DNA of 64,000 nucleotides from positions 497,142 through 561,141 of the forward strand of contig JADJWO010000001.1 of assembly GCA_016716325.1 (NCBI GenBank), written 5' to 3'. The DNA is from Nitrosomonadales bacterium (GTDB lineage: Bacteria > Pseudomonadota > Gammaproteobacteria > Burkholderiales > Gallionellaceae). The position numbers were made by a program, and so were the translations under genes. Shown here piece by piece: positions 38,031 through 49,160 of the stretch. Under the pieces are notes generated by a model. The model had not been told where the DNA came from. It saw only the letters and a program-made list of their open reading frames with translations, and made no database searches. Every line of letters starts with the position of its first letter. Position 1 is the stretch's first letter.

Positions 38031-40804
38031 TGTTTCGCCTGCTCGAACTGGAAACCGTACATTGGGACTACTGGCAGCGCTTCAAATTGCCGCTGGATGC
38101 TTCCATCATCACCATCGTCGGCCCCAACGGCTCGGGCAAGACCACGCTACTCGATGCGCTGCGCACGCTGCTGGCGCTGGAATGCTCGAAGAAGCGCGAT
38201 TACAAACGTTATGTGCGGCGCAACGGCGAAGACTTCTGCTGGCTGCGCGGCGTGGTGGATAACCAGCGCCCGCCCGGCTCAAGCCGCCGCCCGTTCGGTC
38301 TGCCCTACCAGCAAGACCGCATCACGCTGGCTTGTCGCATCGACAAGAAAGGTGGCGACTGGGTGCGCAAATATTGGGTGGCGGAAGGCGAAGTATCGCT
38401 GGAAGACATCGAGCAACAGGGACAGGAATTCGGCGTGCGCGATTATCAGCGCCTGCTGCACAGCGCCGGATTGTCGCCCGCTATCGCGCGCGTGTTGTCG
38501 CTGGAACAGGGGCAAACCGACAAGCTGTGCGAGCTTTCGCCCAAAGAATTGCTTGAGCTGGTGTTTCAGGTGTTTGGCGACAAGGAAGTGCTGGAGCGCT
38601 ATCAGGAAGCGCGCCACCATCAGGAGTACACCTCGCGCGAACTGGATGCAGTGCAGCGAAATTTGGAAGCGCTTGGTTATAGCCTCAAAACACACGAACT
38701 GAACGTAAATCGTTATCTCGAATGGCAGCGCCTAAACGAAGAGCGCACCGTGCTGGTGTCGGAAACGCGCCCGCGCCTGGAACACCATCTGCTGCAAAAA
38801 GAAGCCGAGAACGCGGGGCGCACATTGCAGGGCTTACGCCGCGACTGGCGCGGCAAGCGCGCCGAGCGCCACGCGCTGACGCTGGAACTGCAAGTGCAGC
38901 AGCAAGCCCTGCAAGCGGCGCAGTTGCGCAAGCAGGCCGCGCACGAAAACGAGCAAGTGCAACAGCGCGCGCTGAACGAACTCAACCGCGAACTGGGCAA
39001 CTGGGAAGCCCTCGTCAAACAGCATGACCGGCTGTTGCAGCAAGTTGAAAGCGCGGGCGGCCAAGCCGCCGATGCGCGCGAACTGGAGCATCTGGAAAAC
39101 GAGCGCGACCGTCTGCGCTTGCGCATCGCCGAACTGGAACAGCAGCAGCGCCAACTGGACGAGATGCTGGAAAACCTCGCCGCCGGACGGCGCAGCGATC
39201 CCGCCGATGTCGCCGCGTTCCGTCAAGCGTTAAGCGGCGCGGGCATCGCCCACGATTTGCTCACCGATCTGGTGGAGATCGTCGATCCGTCTTGGCAAGC
39301 CGCCGTGGAGGCCGTGCTGGCGCCGTTCGCACACATCGTGTTGCTGGCGAAAGAAAAAGATGCGGAAGCGGCGATGGCGCTCGGCGAAAAATTGCGCTAC
39401 CGCCATTTCATCGTGCCGGAACGCAGCAAGCCCGGCCTCGCACCGCAAGGTTCGTTGCTGGAAGTGGTGCGCTTTGCGCAGCCGGTGCCGGAATGGTTGT
39501 TGCGGCTGCTGGAACGCATCCGCCGCGTGGAAGATGCCAACGCGGGCGCGAAACTGCCGCGCGGCGAAGACTGGATCACGCGCCAGGGTTATTTGCGCGA
39601 GCGGCGCGGCGGACGTTTTGCCGCACCGGAACAGGCGCGCTTCGGCAAGGCGCGGCTGGAATCGCTGCGCCAGCAACGCGCCGATCTGGAAAAAATCCTC
39701 GCGCCATTGCGCCAGCAACGCGATGACTTGTCTGCGCGCCTGAACAATCTTAAAGCGCAACTCGCCGGAGAAGATGCCAGCGCGCGACTGGCTGCGCGCG
39801 CCGCCGAGTTTGCCGAGGCACGCCAACACTATGACGTGCTGGTCATCAAACGCCGCGACAACGGCGTATTTCAAGCACAGCAAGATCGCGAACAAGCAGA
39901 TGATGCGGTGGTTGCGGCAAACAGCACACTGGGGAATATCCGCCAGTTCATGCAAAGACTGGACAAAGAAATCGCCGAAAAAGAAAACCGCCCCGCGCGC
40001 GAAGAACAAGCTAAACGTTTACAACGCTTGCGGCATAATCGCCGGCAAATGCCCGCAACTTGGCGCGATGCGACAGCCAATCAGCTAATCGCCGAACAGT
40101 GGCGCGACAGCACCAACATCGAAAGACGCATCCACGAAATCGAAGCCCGCTTTGCCGATGAATCGTGGGAAACCGATGCCAGCGTGATCGTGTTACGCGA
40201 CAAAATTCGCGATGACTACGCGCATCAGGAAAGCGATTTGGCCACGCGCCGCCGCGACAACGAAATGGCGCGCAGCCAGACCGATGCGGCACGCGAGCAA
40301 TACATCGCCGTGCTGCGTTACACCATCGCCCGCTATGTGAAAAATCTCAAGGTGCTGGGCGAAATGGCCGGCATCAAAGTCGAATACGAACCCGTGTCAT
40401 TGGCCAACGGCGACGATGTCACGCTATCGCAAGCCGGGCTGGCAGTGCGCTTCGACTTCGACGAGAAGGGCTTCATGGGTATGAACGACGGCGATGCTTC
40501 CGGCGGACAGCAAGTGATGAAATCGCTGATCCTGCTGGTCGGCCTGATGATGGAAGAATCGCGCCCCGGCGGCTTCGTATTCATCGACGAACCGTTCGCC
40601 CACCTCGATATTGTCAACATCGAGCGCGTCGCCTCTTTCCTCAAAGCCACCCGCGCGCAATACCTGCTCACCACCCCGGTCACACACAACGTCAGCGTGT
40701 ATGACCCGTCCATGCTCACGTTGGTGACGTTCAAGAAACGGCCAAACGATGCGTGGGCTCCGCGTATTGGTGTGTTGGTGCGCGAACAACATGAGCACGC
40801 TTGA
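38030..40804 (+). CDS. jetC: JetC/MksB-like SMC-family ABC ATPase
   Basis: Walker A IVGPNGSGKTTLLDAL at the N-terminus. About 550 aa of R/Q/E/L/A-rich coiled-coil-like sequence. C-terminal signature ASGGQQ and Walker B FVFIDEPFAHLD. 924 aa. Confidence 0.7.
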   Translation: MFRLLELETVHWDYWQRFKLPLDASIITIVGPNGSGKTTLLDALRTLLALECSKKRDYKRYVRRNGEDFCWLRGVVDNQRPPGSSRRPFGLPYQQDRITLACRIDKKGGDWVRKYWVAEGEVSLEDIEQQGQEFGVRDYQRLLHSAGLSPAIARVLSLEQGQTDKLCELSPKELLELVFQVFGDKEVLERYQEARHHQEYTSRELDAVQRNLEALGYSLKTHELNVNRYLEWQRLNEERTVLVSETRPRLEHHLLQKEAENAGRTLQGLRRDWRGKRAERHALTLELQVQQQALQAAQLRKQAAHENEQVQQRALNELNRELGNWEALVKQHDRLLQQVESAGGQAADARELEHLENERDRLRLRIAELEQQQRQLDEMLENLAAGRRSDPADVAAFRQALSGAGIAHDLLTDLVEIVDPSWQAAVEAVLAPFAHIVLLAKEKDAEAAMALGEKLRYRHFIVPERSKPGLAPQGSLLEVVRFAQPVPEWLLRLLERIRRVEDANAGAKLPRGEDWITRQGYLRERRGGRFAAPEQARFGKARLESLRQQRADLEKILAPLRQQRDDLSARLNNLKAQLAGEDASARLAARAAEFAEARQHYDVLVIKRRDNGVFQAQQDREQADDAVVAANSTLGNIRQFMQRLDKEIAEKENRPAREEQAKRLQRLRHNRRQMPATWRDATANQLIAEQWRDSTNIERRIHEIEARFADESWETDASVIVLRDKIRDDYAHQESDLATRRRDNEMARSQTDAAREQYIAVLRYTIARYVKNLKVLGEMAGIKVEYEPVSLANGDDVTLSQAGLAVRFDFDEKGFMGMNDGDASGGQQVMKSLILLVGLMMEESRPGGFVFIDEPFAHLDIVNIERVASFLKATRAQYLLTTPVTHNVSVYDPSMLTLVTFKKRPNDAWAPRIGVLVREQHEHA

Positions 40805-41978
40805 TTCGATCCGGATCGAACTGCTTGATGAGCGCGCACTGTGCAAGCGCCGCCGGCGATTTCGCACTAAGCCTGCCAGCGAACTCGAACTAATCCCCTC
40901 CGATTGGCGTGAACTGTTAACCCGCTGGGTGAGACGCGGCGGCAAAAGCCGTTGGGAAACACTGCTGAAAGACTCTGGCACAGCCAACCTGCCGCTCGCC
41001 GATGCACTGCGTGAATGGCTGCTACGCCAAGGCTGGGCTATCATCATCGAAGAACGCGAGCATGGCGACTGGTGGCCGCGCTCAATGGAACTGCGCAACT
41101 TGCCGCAACTGCGCGCCGCGCTCGGAATCAGCGACAAAGAGCAGAATGCACTTCGCTGGCAAGAACTACGCGAAACGTTGGCGAGCCACTGCGACAACAA
41201 TCTGGCTCCCGCATTACTTGCACTGGATGAACTCCCCTTACATCGCGCTTTGGCACGCGCTGATTTAATCGCTGCCTTGCAGCGCTGGCAGGAAGCGCAA
41301 CGCAACGGCACTCGCCGCGACTTCGCGCTGTTTTCGCGCGGCGACACCAAATCGGTCAGCAATAGTATGTGGGACTGGCTGGAATCGGTGCTCGATCTGG
41401 CCGAATTTGGCATCGAAGGTCACACGCCGTTGCTGCTGCTCGCCACACCACTGCTGCTTTACCTGCCGCATGGGCAAATCGATCTCGCTGCCAACCCGGA
41501 CTTTGCCGCGATCACGCCTGAAACCATGCAGGCTGTAACGAAAACATCAGGAACGATCAACCGCTGGCAACTGGTAGAGAACCGCACCAGCTTTGAGCGC
41601 GTCGCCAAACAACGCGAACTGGACGCGGGTGTTATCTGGCTGCCCGGCTTCCCGCCGACTTGGTGGCGCGCGGCTGTCGGCCATCTGCTTGATCTGGCTC
41701 CCGCACCAGCCCAACTGGCCTGCGACCCGGACCCGGCAGGCATCGCCATCGCTCTCAAGGCTGCTGAACTGTGGCGCGAACGCAAACTAGACTGGCAACC
41801 GTGGCGGATGTCCGCCAACGACCTCTCTGCCCTGCGCGTGCGCAAGCCTCTGACCGAGGGTGACAAGCTGCAACTCGCCACCCTGAGCCAGGAACCCACA
41901 CTCCCCGCCCCGCTATCCGAATTGCTGGAATGGATGCTGGAACATGGCGAAAAGGGCGAGCAAGAAGGGTATCTGTAG
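40791..41978 (+). CDS. jetD: JetD/MksG-like Toprim-domain protein (putative nuclease subunit)
   Basis: 395 aa. Toprim-type motifs WQLVENRTSFE (catalytic Glu) and LACDPDPAGIAIA (DxD). A 14-nt overlap couples it to the ATPase gene. Confidence 0.6.
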   Translation: MSTLDSIRIELLDERALCKRRRRFRTKPASELELIPSDWRELLTRWVRRGGKSRWETLLKDSGTANLPLADALREWLLRQGWAIIIEEREHGDWWPRSMELRNLPQLRAALGISDKEQNALRWQELRETLASHCDNNLAPALLALDELPLHRALARADLIAALQRWQEAQRNGTRRDFALFSRGDTKSVSNSMWDWLESVLDLAEFGIEGHTPLLLLATPLLLYLPHGQIDLAANPDFAAITPETMQAVTKTSGTINRWQLVENRTSFERVAKQRELDAGVIWLPGFPPTWWRAAVGHLLDLAPAPAQLACDPDPAGIAIALKAAELWRERKLDWQPWRMSANDLSALRVRKPLTEGDKLQLATLSQEPTLPAPLSELLEWMLEHGEKGEQEGYL

Positions 41979-42046
41979 CCCTGAAAACCCCGTCCCTGTG
42001 CTATATTTCACGCCGCCAAAATTAACCTTCAGTCATACAGAACATC

Positions 42047-43549
42047 ATGAGCAACGAACCCATCATCCCAGCCCAAGACGAGAACCAGATCATCGCGGAA
42101 CGCCGCGCCAAACTGAATGCGATCCGCGCACAAGGCGTCGCCTTCCCGAACGACTTCGACCGCACGCACCTCGCCGGGGACCTGCATGCCGAGTTCGGCG
42201 GCAAGACGCACGACGAACTGGAGGCCGCACAGGTCCGCGTTGCAGTGGCCGGGCGCATGATGCTGAAGCGCGTGATGGGCAAGGCCAGCTTCGCCACCGT
42301 CCAGGACATGGGCGGGCGCATCCAGTTGTTCGTCAGCAATAACGATACCGGCGAGGAAGCGCACGACGCGTTCAAACATTACGATCTCGGCGACATCCTC
42401 GGCGCGCAGGGCGTGCTGTTCAAGACCAAGACCGGAGAACTGTCGGTGCGCGTCTCGCAAATCCGCCTGCTGACCAAGTCGCTGCGCCCGCTTCCGGAAA
42501 AATTCCACGGCCTGACCGACCAGGAGCAGAAATACCGCCAGCGCTATCTCGACCTGATCACCAACGAGGATGCGCGCAAGGTGTTCGTGACGCGCACCCG
42601 CATCATCCAGGCGATCCGCGATTTCTTCGTGAACCACGGTTACATGGAAGTGGAGACGCCGATGATGCACTCCATCCCGGGCGGCGCGGCGGCCAAGCCG
42701 TTCGAGACGCACCACAACGCGCTGGACATGAAGATGTATCTGCGCATCGCGCCGGAGTTGTACCTGAAGCGTCTGGTGGTCGGCGGTTTCGAGAAGGTAT
42801 TCGAGGTCAACCGCAACTTCCGCAACGAGGGCCTGTCCACGCGCCACAACCCGGAATTCACGATGCTGGAATTCTACGAGGCGTACCGAGATTACCAATA
42901 CCTGATGGATTTCACCGAGCGCCTGTTCCGCGAGGTGACGCAAAAAGTGCTGGGCGCCACGCTCATCACTTACCAGGGCAAGGAACTTGACCTTGGCAAA
43001 CCGTTCCACCGACTGACCATGGTGCAGGCGATCCAGAAATATCATCCGCAGTTCACCGACGCGCAACTGGGCGACCGCGATTTCGTGATCAACGAACTGG
43101 AAGACCTGAAGGCCAAGTACAAGCCCGAGGACGGCATCGGCGGATTGCAGCTCTCGCTGTTCGAGGAACTGGCCGAAGCCCACCTGTTCGAGCCCACCTT
43201 CATCGTCGATTACCCGATCGAGGTCTCGCCGCTGGCGCGCAGCAGCGACACCCGTCCCGACATCACCGAGCGCTTCGAACTGTTCATCGTCGGGCGCGAG
43301 ATCGCCAACGGCTTCTCCGAGCTGAACGACGCTGAAGACCAGGCGGCGCGTTTCGACGCGCAGGTTGCGGCCAAGGATGCCGGCGACGAAGAAGCGATGT
43401 TCAAGGACAACGATTACGTGCGCGCGCTGGAATATGGCCTGCCGCCGACCGCCGGGGAAGGCATCGGCATCGATCGTCTGGTGATGCTGCTGACGGATAG
43501 TGCCAGCATCCGCGATGTGATCCTGTTCCCGCAGATGCGACCGGAATGA
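42047..43549 (+). CDS. lysS: lysine--tRNA ligase (class II)
   Basis: 500 aa. Contains ...[20 protein letters not shown]... and [11 protein letters not shown], class II synthetase motifs. Confidence 0.95.
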   Translation: MSNEPIIPAQDENQIIAERRAKLNAIRAQGVAFPNDFDRTHLAGDLHAEFGGKTHDELEAAQVRVAVAGRMMLKRVMGKASFATVQDMGGRIQLFVSNNDTGEEAHDAFKHYDLGDILGAQGVLFKTKTGELSVRVSQIRLLTKSLRPLPEKFHGLTDQEQKYRQRYLDLITNEDARKVFVTRTRIIQAIRDFFVNHGYMEVETPMMHSIPGGAAAKPFETHHNALDMKMYLRIAPELYLKRLVVGGFEKVFEVNRNFRNEGLSTRHNPEFTMLEFYEAYRDYQYLMDFTERLFREVTQKVLGATLITYQGKELDLGKPFHRLTMVQAIQKYHPQFTDAQLGDRDFVINELEDLKAKYKPEDGIGGLQLSLFEELAEAHLFEPTFIVDYPIEVSPLARSSDTRPDITERFELFIVGREIANGFSELNDAEDQAARFDAQVAAKDAGDEEAMFKDNDYVRALEYGLPPTAGEGIGIDRLVMLLTDSASIRDVILFPQMRPE

Positions 43550-43567
43550 GAAACCGCTCCGCTCGGT

Positions 43568-44245
43568 ATGACTGTGTTGTCCATGCCTGACGACCTGCGC
43601 GCTCGACTGCTACAGCACTACCCGATGCTGCGCGAACTGCCTGTCGGGGAACTCGGAACACTGCTGGCCGAAGCGAATGTGGTGCAGCTACCGGCCGGCA
43701 CGATCGTGTTCGACGAGAACCAGCCCTGCCAAGGGTTCCCGCTGCTGCTCTCAGGATCTGTCCGCGTGACCAAGAGTTCGCCGAACGGGCGCGAACTCCA
43801 GCTGTACCGCGTCGGCCCGGGCGAAAGCTGCATCTTGACCAGCAGCTGCCTGCTCGGACATGCCCCATACCACGCACGCGGCCTGGTCGATCAGGATGTG
43901 GACATGCTGGTGTTGTCGCCGACCATGTTCAAGACCCTGATCGCCCGGCATGAACCATTCAGGGATTACATCTTCAGCCTGTTCTCCGAACGCCTGACCG
44001 ACCTGATGCAACTGGTTTCGGCCGTCGCCTTCCAGAAACTCGACCAGCGCCTCGCCGCCCTGCTGGTCGCCAAACCCTCGCCCATTCGCGCCACCCACCA
44101 GGCGCTCGCCGACGAACTCGGCAGCGTGAGGGAGATTGTCAGCCGCTTGCTGAAGAACTTCGCCGAACAGGGATGGATCAGGCTGGGGCGTGAGCAAATA
44201 GAACTCGTCGACATCCCCGCCCTGCGCAAATTCTCCGCGCTTTGA
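43568..44245 (+). CDS. Crp/Fnr-family transcriptional regulator
   Basis: cNMP-binding-like N-terminal domain and C-terminal HTH (ATHQALADELGSVREIVSRLLKNFAEQGWI). No N-terminal Cys cluster. Confidence 0.8.
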   Translation: MTVLSMPDDLRARLLQHYPMLRELPVGELGTLLAEANVVQLPAGTIVFDENQPCQGFPLLLSGSVRVTKSSPNGRELQLYRVGPGESCILTSSCLLGHAPYHARGLVDQDVDMLVLSPTMFKTLIARHEPFRDYIFSLFSERLTDLMQLVSAVAFQKLDQRLAALLVAKPSPIRATHQALADELGSVREIVSRLLKNFAEQGWIRLGREQIELVDIPALRKFSAL

Positions 44246-44332
44246 CCTCTGTGTGACCTTTCTCACAGACAGCACACCGACTCCCCTCTACCATCCGCCC
44301 CTATTCACATTATCTGGGCACGAACCTCATTC

Positions 44333-44797
44333 ATGAAACTCAGCAAACTTGCCTTAACCGCCATCCTCCTCTGGTTCGCCACCATCGCCACCTTTGCCTG
44401 GTTCTTCGTGCGCGGCAATACCGCCGAAGGCACCGACAACCGCACCGCCATCGTGCTGCAGGCCAGCGAACGCGACCTGGTGCTGACCGAAATGCGCGGC
44501 CTGCTCGGCGCAACCCACGGCATCCTGCAAGGCATCAACAGCAACGACATGAAACAGGTCGCTGCCGCGGCGCGTTCGGCCGGCATGGCCGCAGCCGCAG
44601 ACGTCAATCCGACACTGCTGGCAAAATTGCCGCTGCCTTTCAAGCAACTGGGCATGAGCGTACATCACAGCATGGACGACCTTGCCACTGCCGCCGAGGC
44701 AGGCAAACCTGCCCCGGAGATCATGGGCATGCTGACCGACACGCTGTCGAGTTGCGTGGCCTGCCACGATTCCTGGCAGTTGCAGGCTGCCAAGTGA
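44333..44797 (+). CDS. class II (cytochrome c'-like) c-type cytochrome
   Basis: Signal/anchor segment, predicted helical body, and a single CVACH haem-binding motif close to the C-terminus. Confidence 0.6.
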   Translation: MKLSKLALTAILLWFATIATFAWFFVRGNTAEGTDNRTAIVLQASERDLVLTEMRGLLGATHGILQGINSNDMKQVAAAARSAGMAAAADVNPTLLAKLPLPFKQLGMSVHHSMDDLATAAEAGKPAPEIMGMLTDTLSSCVACHDSWQLQAAK

Positions 44798-44845
44798 TAT
44801 AAACAGATTCATCAACCCGCGTTTCAACCACAAAAGGAGGACAGC

Positions 44846-45037
44846 ATGAAACTCAACGTAGGCGGTATCGACCGCATCGCACGCATCGTCGCAGGTCTGG
44901 CTCTGGTCGGCATGGCAGTGGCCGGCATGTACACCCCATGGACATGGATCGGTGTCGTACCCTTGCTGACCGGCATCTTTGGGTTCTGCCCGGCCTATAC
45001 CCTGTTCGGCATGAGCACCTGCCCGATGAAAAAATAA
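44846..45037 (+). CDS. DUF2892 (YgaP-C-like) small membrane protein
   Basis: NVGGIDRIARIVAGLALVG...GFCPAYTLFG pattern. Confidence 0.7.
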   Translation: MKLNVGGIDRIARIVAGLALVGMAVAGMYTPWTWIGVVPLLTGIFGFCPAYTLFGMSTCPMKK

Positions 45038-45058
45038 CCGGACGCCTCCCTCCGGTTC

Positions 45059-45093
45059 CGCCCGATAGACCCTGTTGTCTGTCGGGCGTTTTT
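45059..45093 (+). terminator. rho-independent terminator
   Basis: cgcccgatagac / gtctgtcgggcg form a 12-bp stem with one mismatch and a 6-nt loop, followed by ttttt. Confidence 0.7.
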
Positions 45094-45111
45094 AGCACAA
45101 GGAGAATCAGC

Positions 45112-45684
45112 ATGAAAAAACCGCTCGCCCTCACAACCCTGCTCGCCCTCTCGTCTGCGGGAGTTCAAGCGGCCGACCTCGCCGGTTACATCGAGGAAAG
45201 TCGCGCCGTGGTCAAACCGTTCGCTCAGCAACTGATGGCCGAAAACAAAAAAGCCGTGATGGAAGGCGGCCCGGAGTCCGCCATCGGCGTGTGCAAGGAC
45301 ATCGCCCCGAAACTGGCCGGCGACATCTCCCGCCAGCAGGGCTGGAAGCTTTCACGCGTTTCGCTCAAGGTGCGCAATCCCATGCTGGGCACCCCCGACG
45401 CATGGGAACAGAAGATGCTGAAACGATTCGAGGTACGCGTTGCCAAGGGCGAGGATACCGACATGATGGAGGCCGCCGAGATCGTCAAGGAGCCTAACGG
45501 AAAATACTTCCGCTACATGAAAGCCATCGCGCTGCAACCCAGCTGTGTCGCCTGCCACGGCACGCCGGAGCAGATCTCCGACAACGTGAAAGCGCGCCTG
45601 TCCGAGAACTATCCGCACGACCAGGCGACCGGATACAGCGCCGGCCAGATTCGCGGGGCGGTAAGCATAAAACGCCCGCTGTAA
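45112..45684 (+). CDS. DUF3365-type periplasmic c-type haem protein
   Basis: Signal peptide [20 protein letters not shown] and a CVACHG haem motif near the C-terminus. SD aaggag lies upstream of ATG 45112. Confidence 0.6.
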   Translation: MKKPLALTTLLALSSAGVQAADLAGYIEESRAVVKPFAQQLMAENKKAVMEGGPESAIGVCKDIAPKLAGDISRQQGWKLSRVSLKVRNPMLGTPDAWEQKMLKRFEVRVAKGEDTDMMEAAEIVKEPNGKYFRYMKAIALQPSCVACHGTPEQISDNVKARLSENYPHDQATGYSAGQIRGAVSIKRPL

Positions 45685-45706
45685 ATCGTGCTACATTCGG
45701 CGTGAG

Positions 45707-47872
<2,166 letters not shown>

Positions 47873-47882
47873 CTCATTCCAG

Positions 47883-49061
47883 TCAGTGCTCTTTACCATC
47901 GACCCGTGGCTGCATCAAAAAGGGGATGTACCGCCAGGAGAGTATTGCAAAACAAGCGAACCAGCATGATGCCGCAAGGTCAATCCACAATATATACTCA
48001 TCAGGGTAAAATCGCGGGGCAACAATACGGAACACGAATGCCATCATCATGACCCGCAGGGCCAGTTTGTCGATGATGTCGAAATACACCTTTCTGCCTG
48101 TATGCCCCTTGGCTATCCTGATCATCATGGCAGGAATAATCAGTCCCATCACGCCGAAGGTGAAGATATGAACGGACATGGATACAGTCCATTCCGCGTG
48201 AACGAACTGCCTGGTCAATTCGATAAGCAGCTGTGCAACAAGTGCGAGGTAACCCAAGTACATGATGCCGATATCGAGCCTCTGCATCGCCAATTGGGGC
48301 TTCCAGTAAAGAAAACGCCCGGCCAGCAGCAGCGCAAGCAGCAATTCGACGCTTCCCGCTATCTGCAACGGCATCAGACTTTCGAACACAAGCAGCAGAC
48401 CGAGTATCTTGATCGCCTGGTTCAGCGTCGCATGGTTAAGAATCTCGACCTGGAATACTCCTTTCATGAAATGGAATATCGTTCTCTCCAGCATCACCAA
48501 GAAAGCCATTCGAAACAACCCTACCGCCATACTCCAGCCAATATCATAGTGCGCAGCACTGAGCATCAGGTTCTTGCTTAACATGAAAACCGGGAGAATC
48601 ACCAGGAACAGGAAGTTGTCGCGGTAAACGTCATTCCTGCGATTTCGGATCAGCGTCCACAACAGCATCGCGACGATGGCCCCCAGAAACAGATTGTTCG
48701 ATATCTTGAACAGGAATGGCGGCCAATCGCCTTCGAACCACATGCCGATCCGTTCGAACAGCCATGCGGCCGCAAGAAACATCAGCGAATAACCGTGATA
48801 GCCACGCACCCGAACCCAGTTTTTGGTTGCCGTCAGCAAGAAACCACCAAGAACCGCCCAGCCAAACCCGAAGAACATCTCATGTGCATGCCACTGCGCC
48901 GTCGAGAAAGTAGTCTTGGGGGCGTGCATCGCACCCGAAAAAAACATCACCCATAGAATCGGCATGATAGATCCGGATATAAGCGCCAATGCAAAGAATG
49001 GACGAAAGCCCACCAGCCAGACCGGATGAGACGACAGTTTCATCCTTGGCCGGAACTCCAT
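47883..49061 (-). CDS. nnrS: NnrS-family haem/copper membrane protein (NO-stress associated)
   Basis: GFRPFFALA N-terminal motif and about 12 hydrophobic helices. The start could be ATG 49061 or 49043. Confidence 0.7.
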   Translation of the reverse strand: MEFRPRMKLSSHPVWLVGFRPFFALALISGSIMPILWVMFFSGAMHAPKTTFSTAQWHAHEMFFGFGWAVLGGFLLTATKNWVRVRGYHGYSLMFLAAAWLFERIGMWFEGDWPPFLFKISNNLFLGAIVAMLLWTLIRNRRNDVYRDNFLFLVILPVFMLSKNLMLSAAHYDIGWSMAVGLFRMAFLVMLERTIFHFMKGVFQVEILNHATLNQAIKILGLLLVFESLMPLQIAGSVELLLALLLAGRFLYWKPQLAMQRLDIGIMYLGYLALVAQLLIELTRQFVHAEWTVSMSVHIFTFGVMGLIIPAMMIRIAKGHTGRKVYFDIIDKLALRVMMMAFVFRIVAPRFYPDEYILWIDLAASCWFACFAILSWRYIPFLMQPRVDGKEH

Positions 49062-49160
49062 GCTCTATGCTGCCTCATGCTGGCGATATTCGTATCGGGT
49101 AGCAGCATATCTTTCTCGTCGGGTGCTCACTTTATGGTTAACTCGTCCGGCGCCATGAAC

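Noticed and set aside
40424-41413. 329-aa ORF antisense across the jetC-like/jetD-like junction
   Set aside because: The product is Ser/Arg/Ala-rich and low in complexity. The plus-strand genes are translationally coupled and motif-bearing.
42029-43183. 384-aa ORF antisense to lysS
   Set aside because: lysS on the plus strand is complete and strongly motif-supported. The antisense product is low-complexity.
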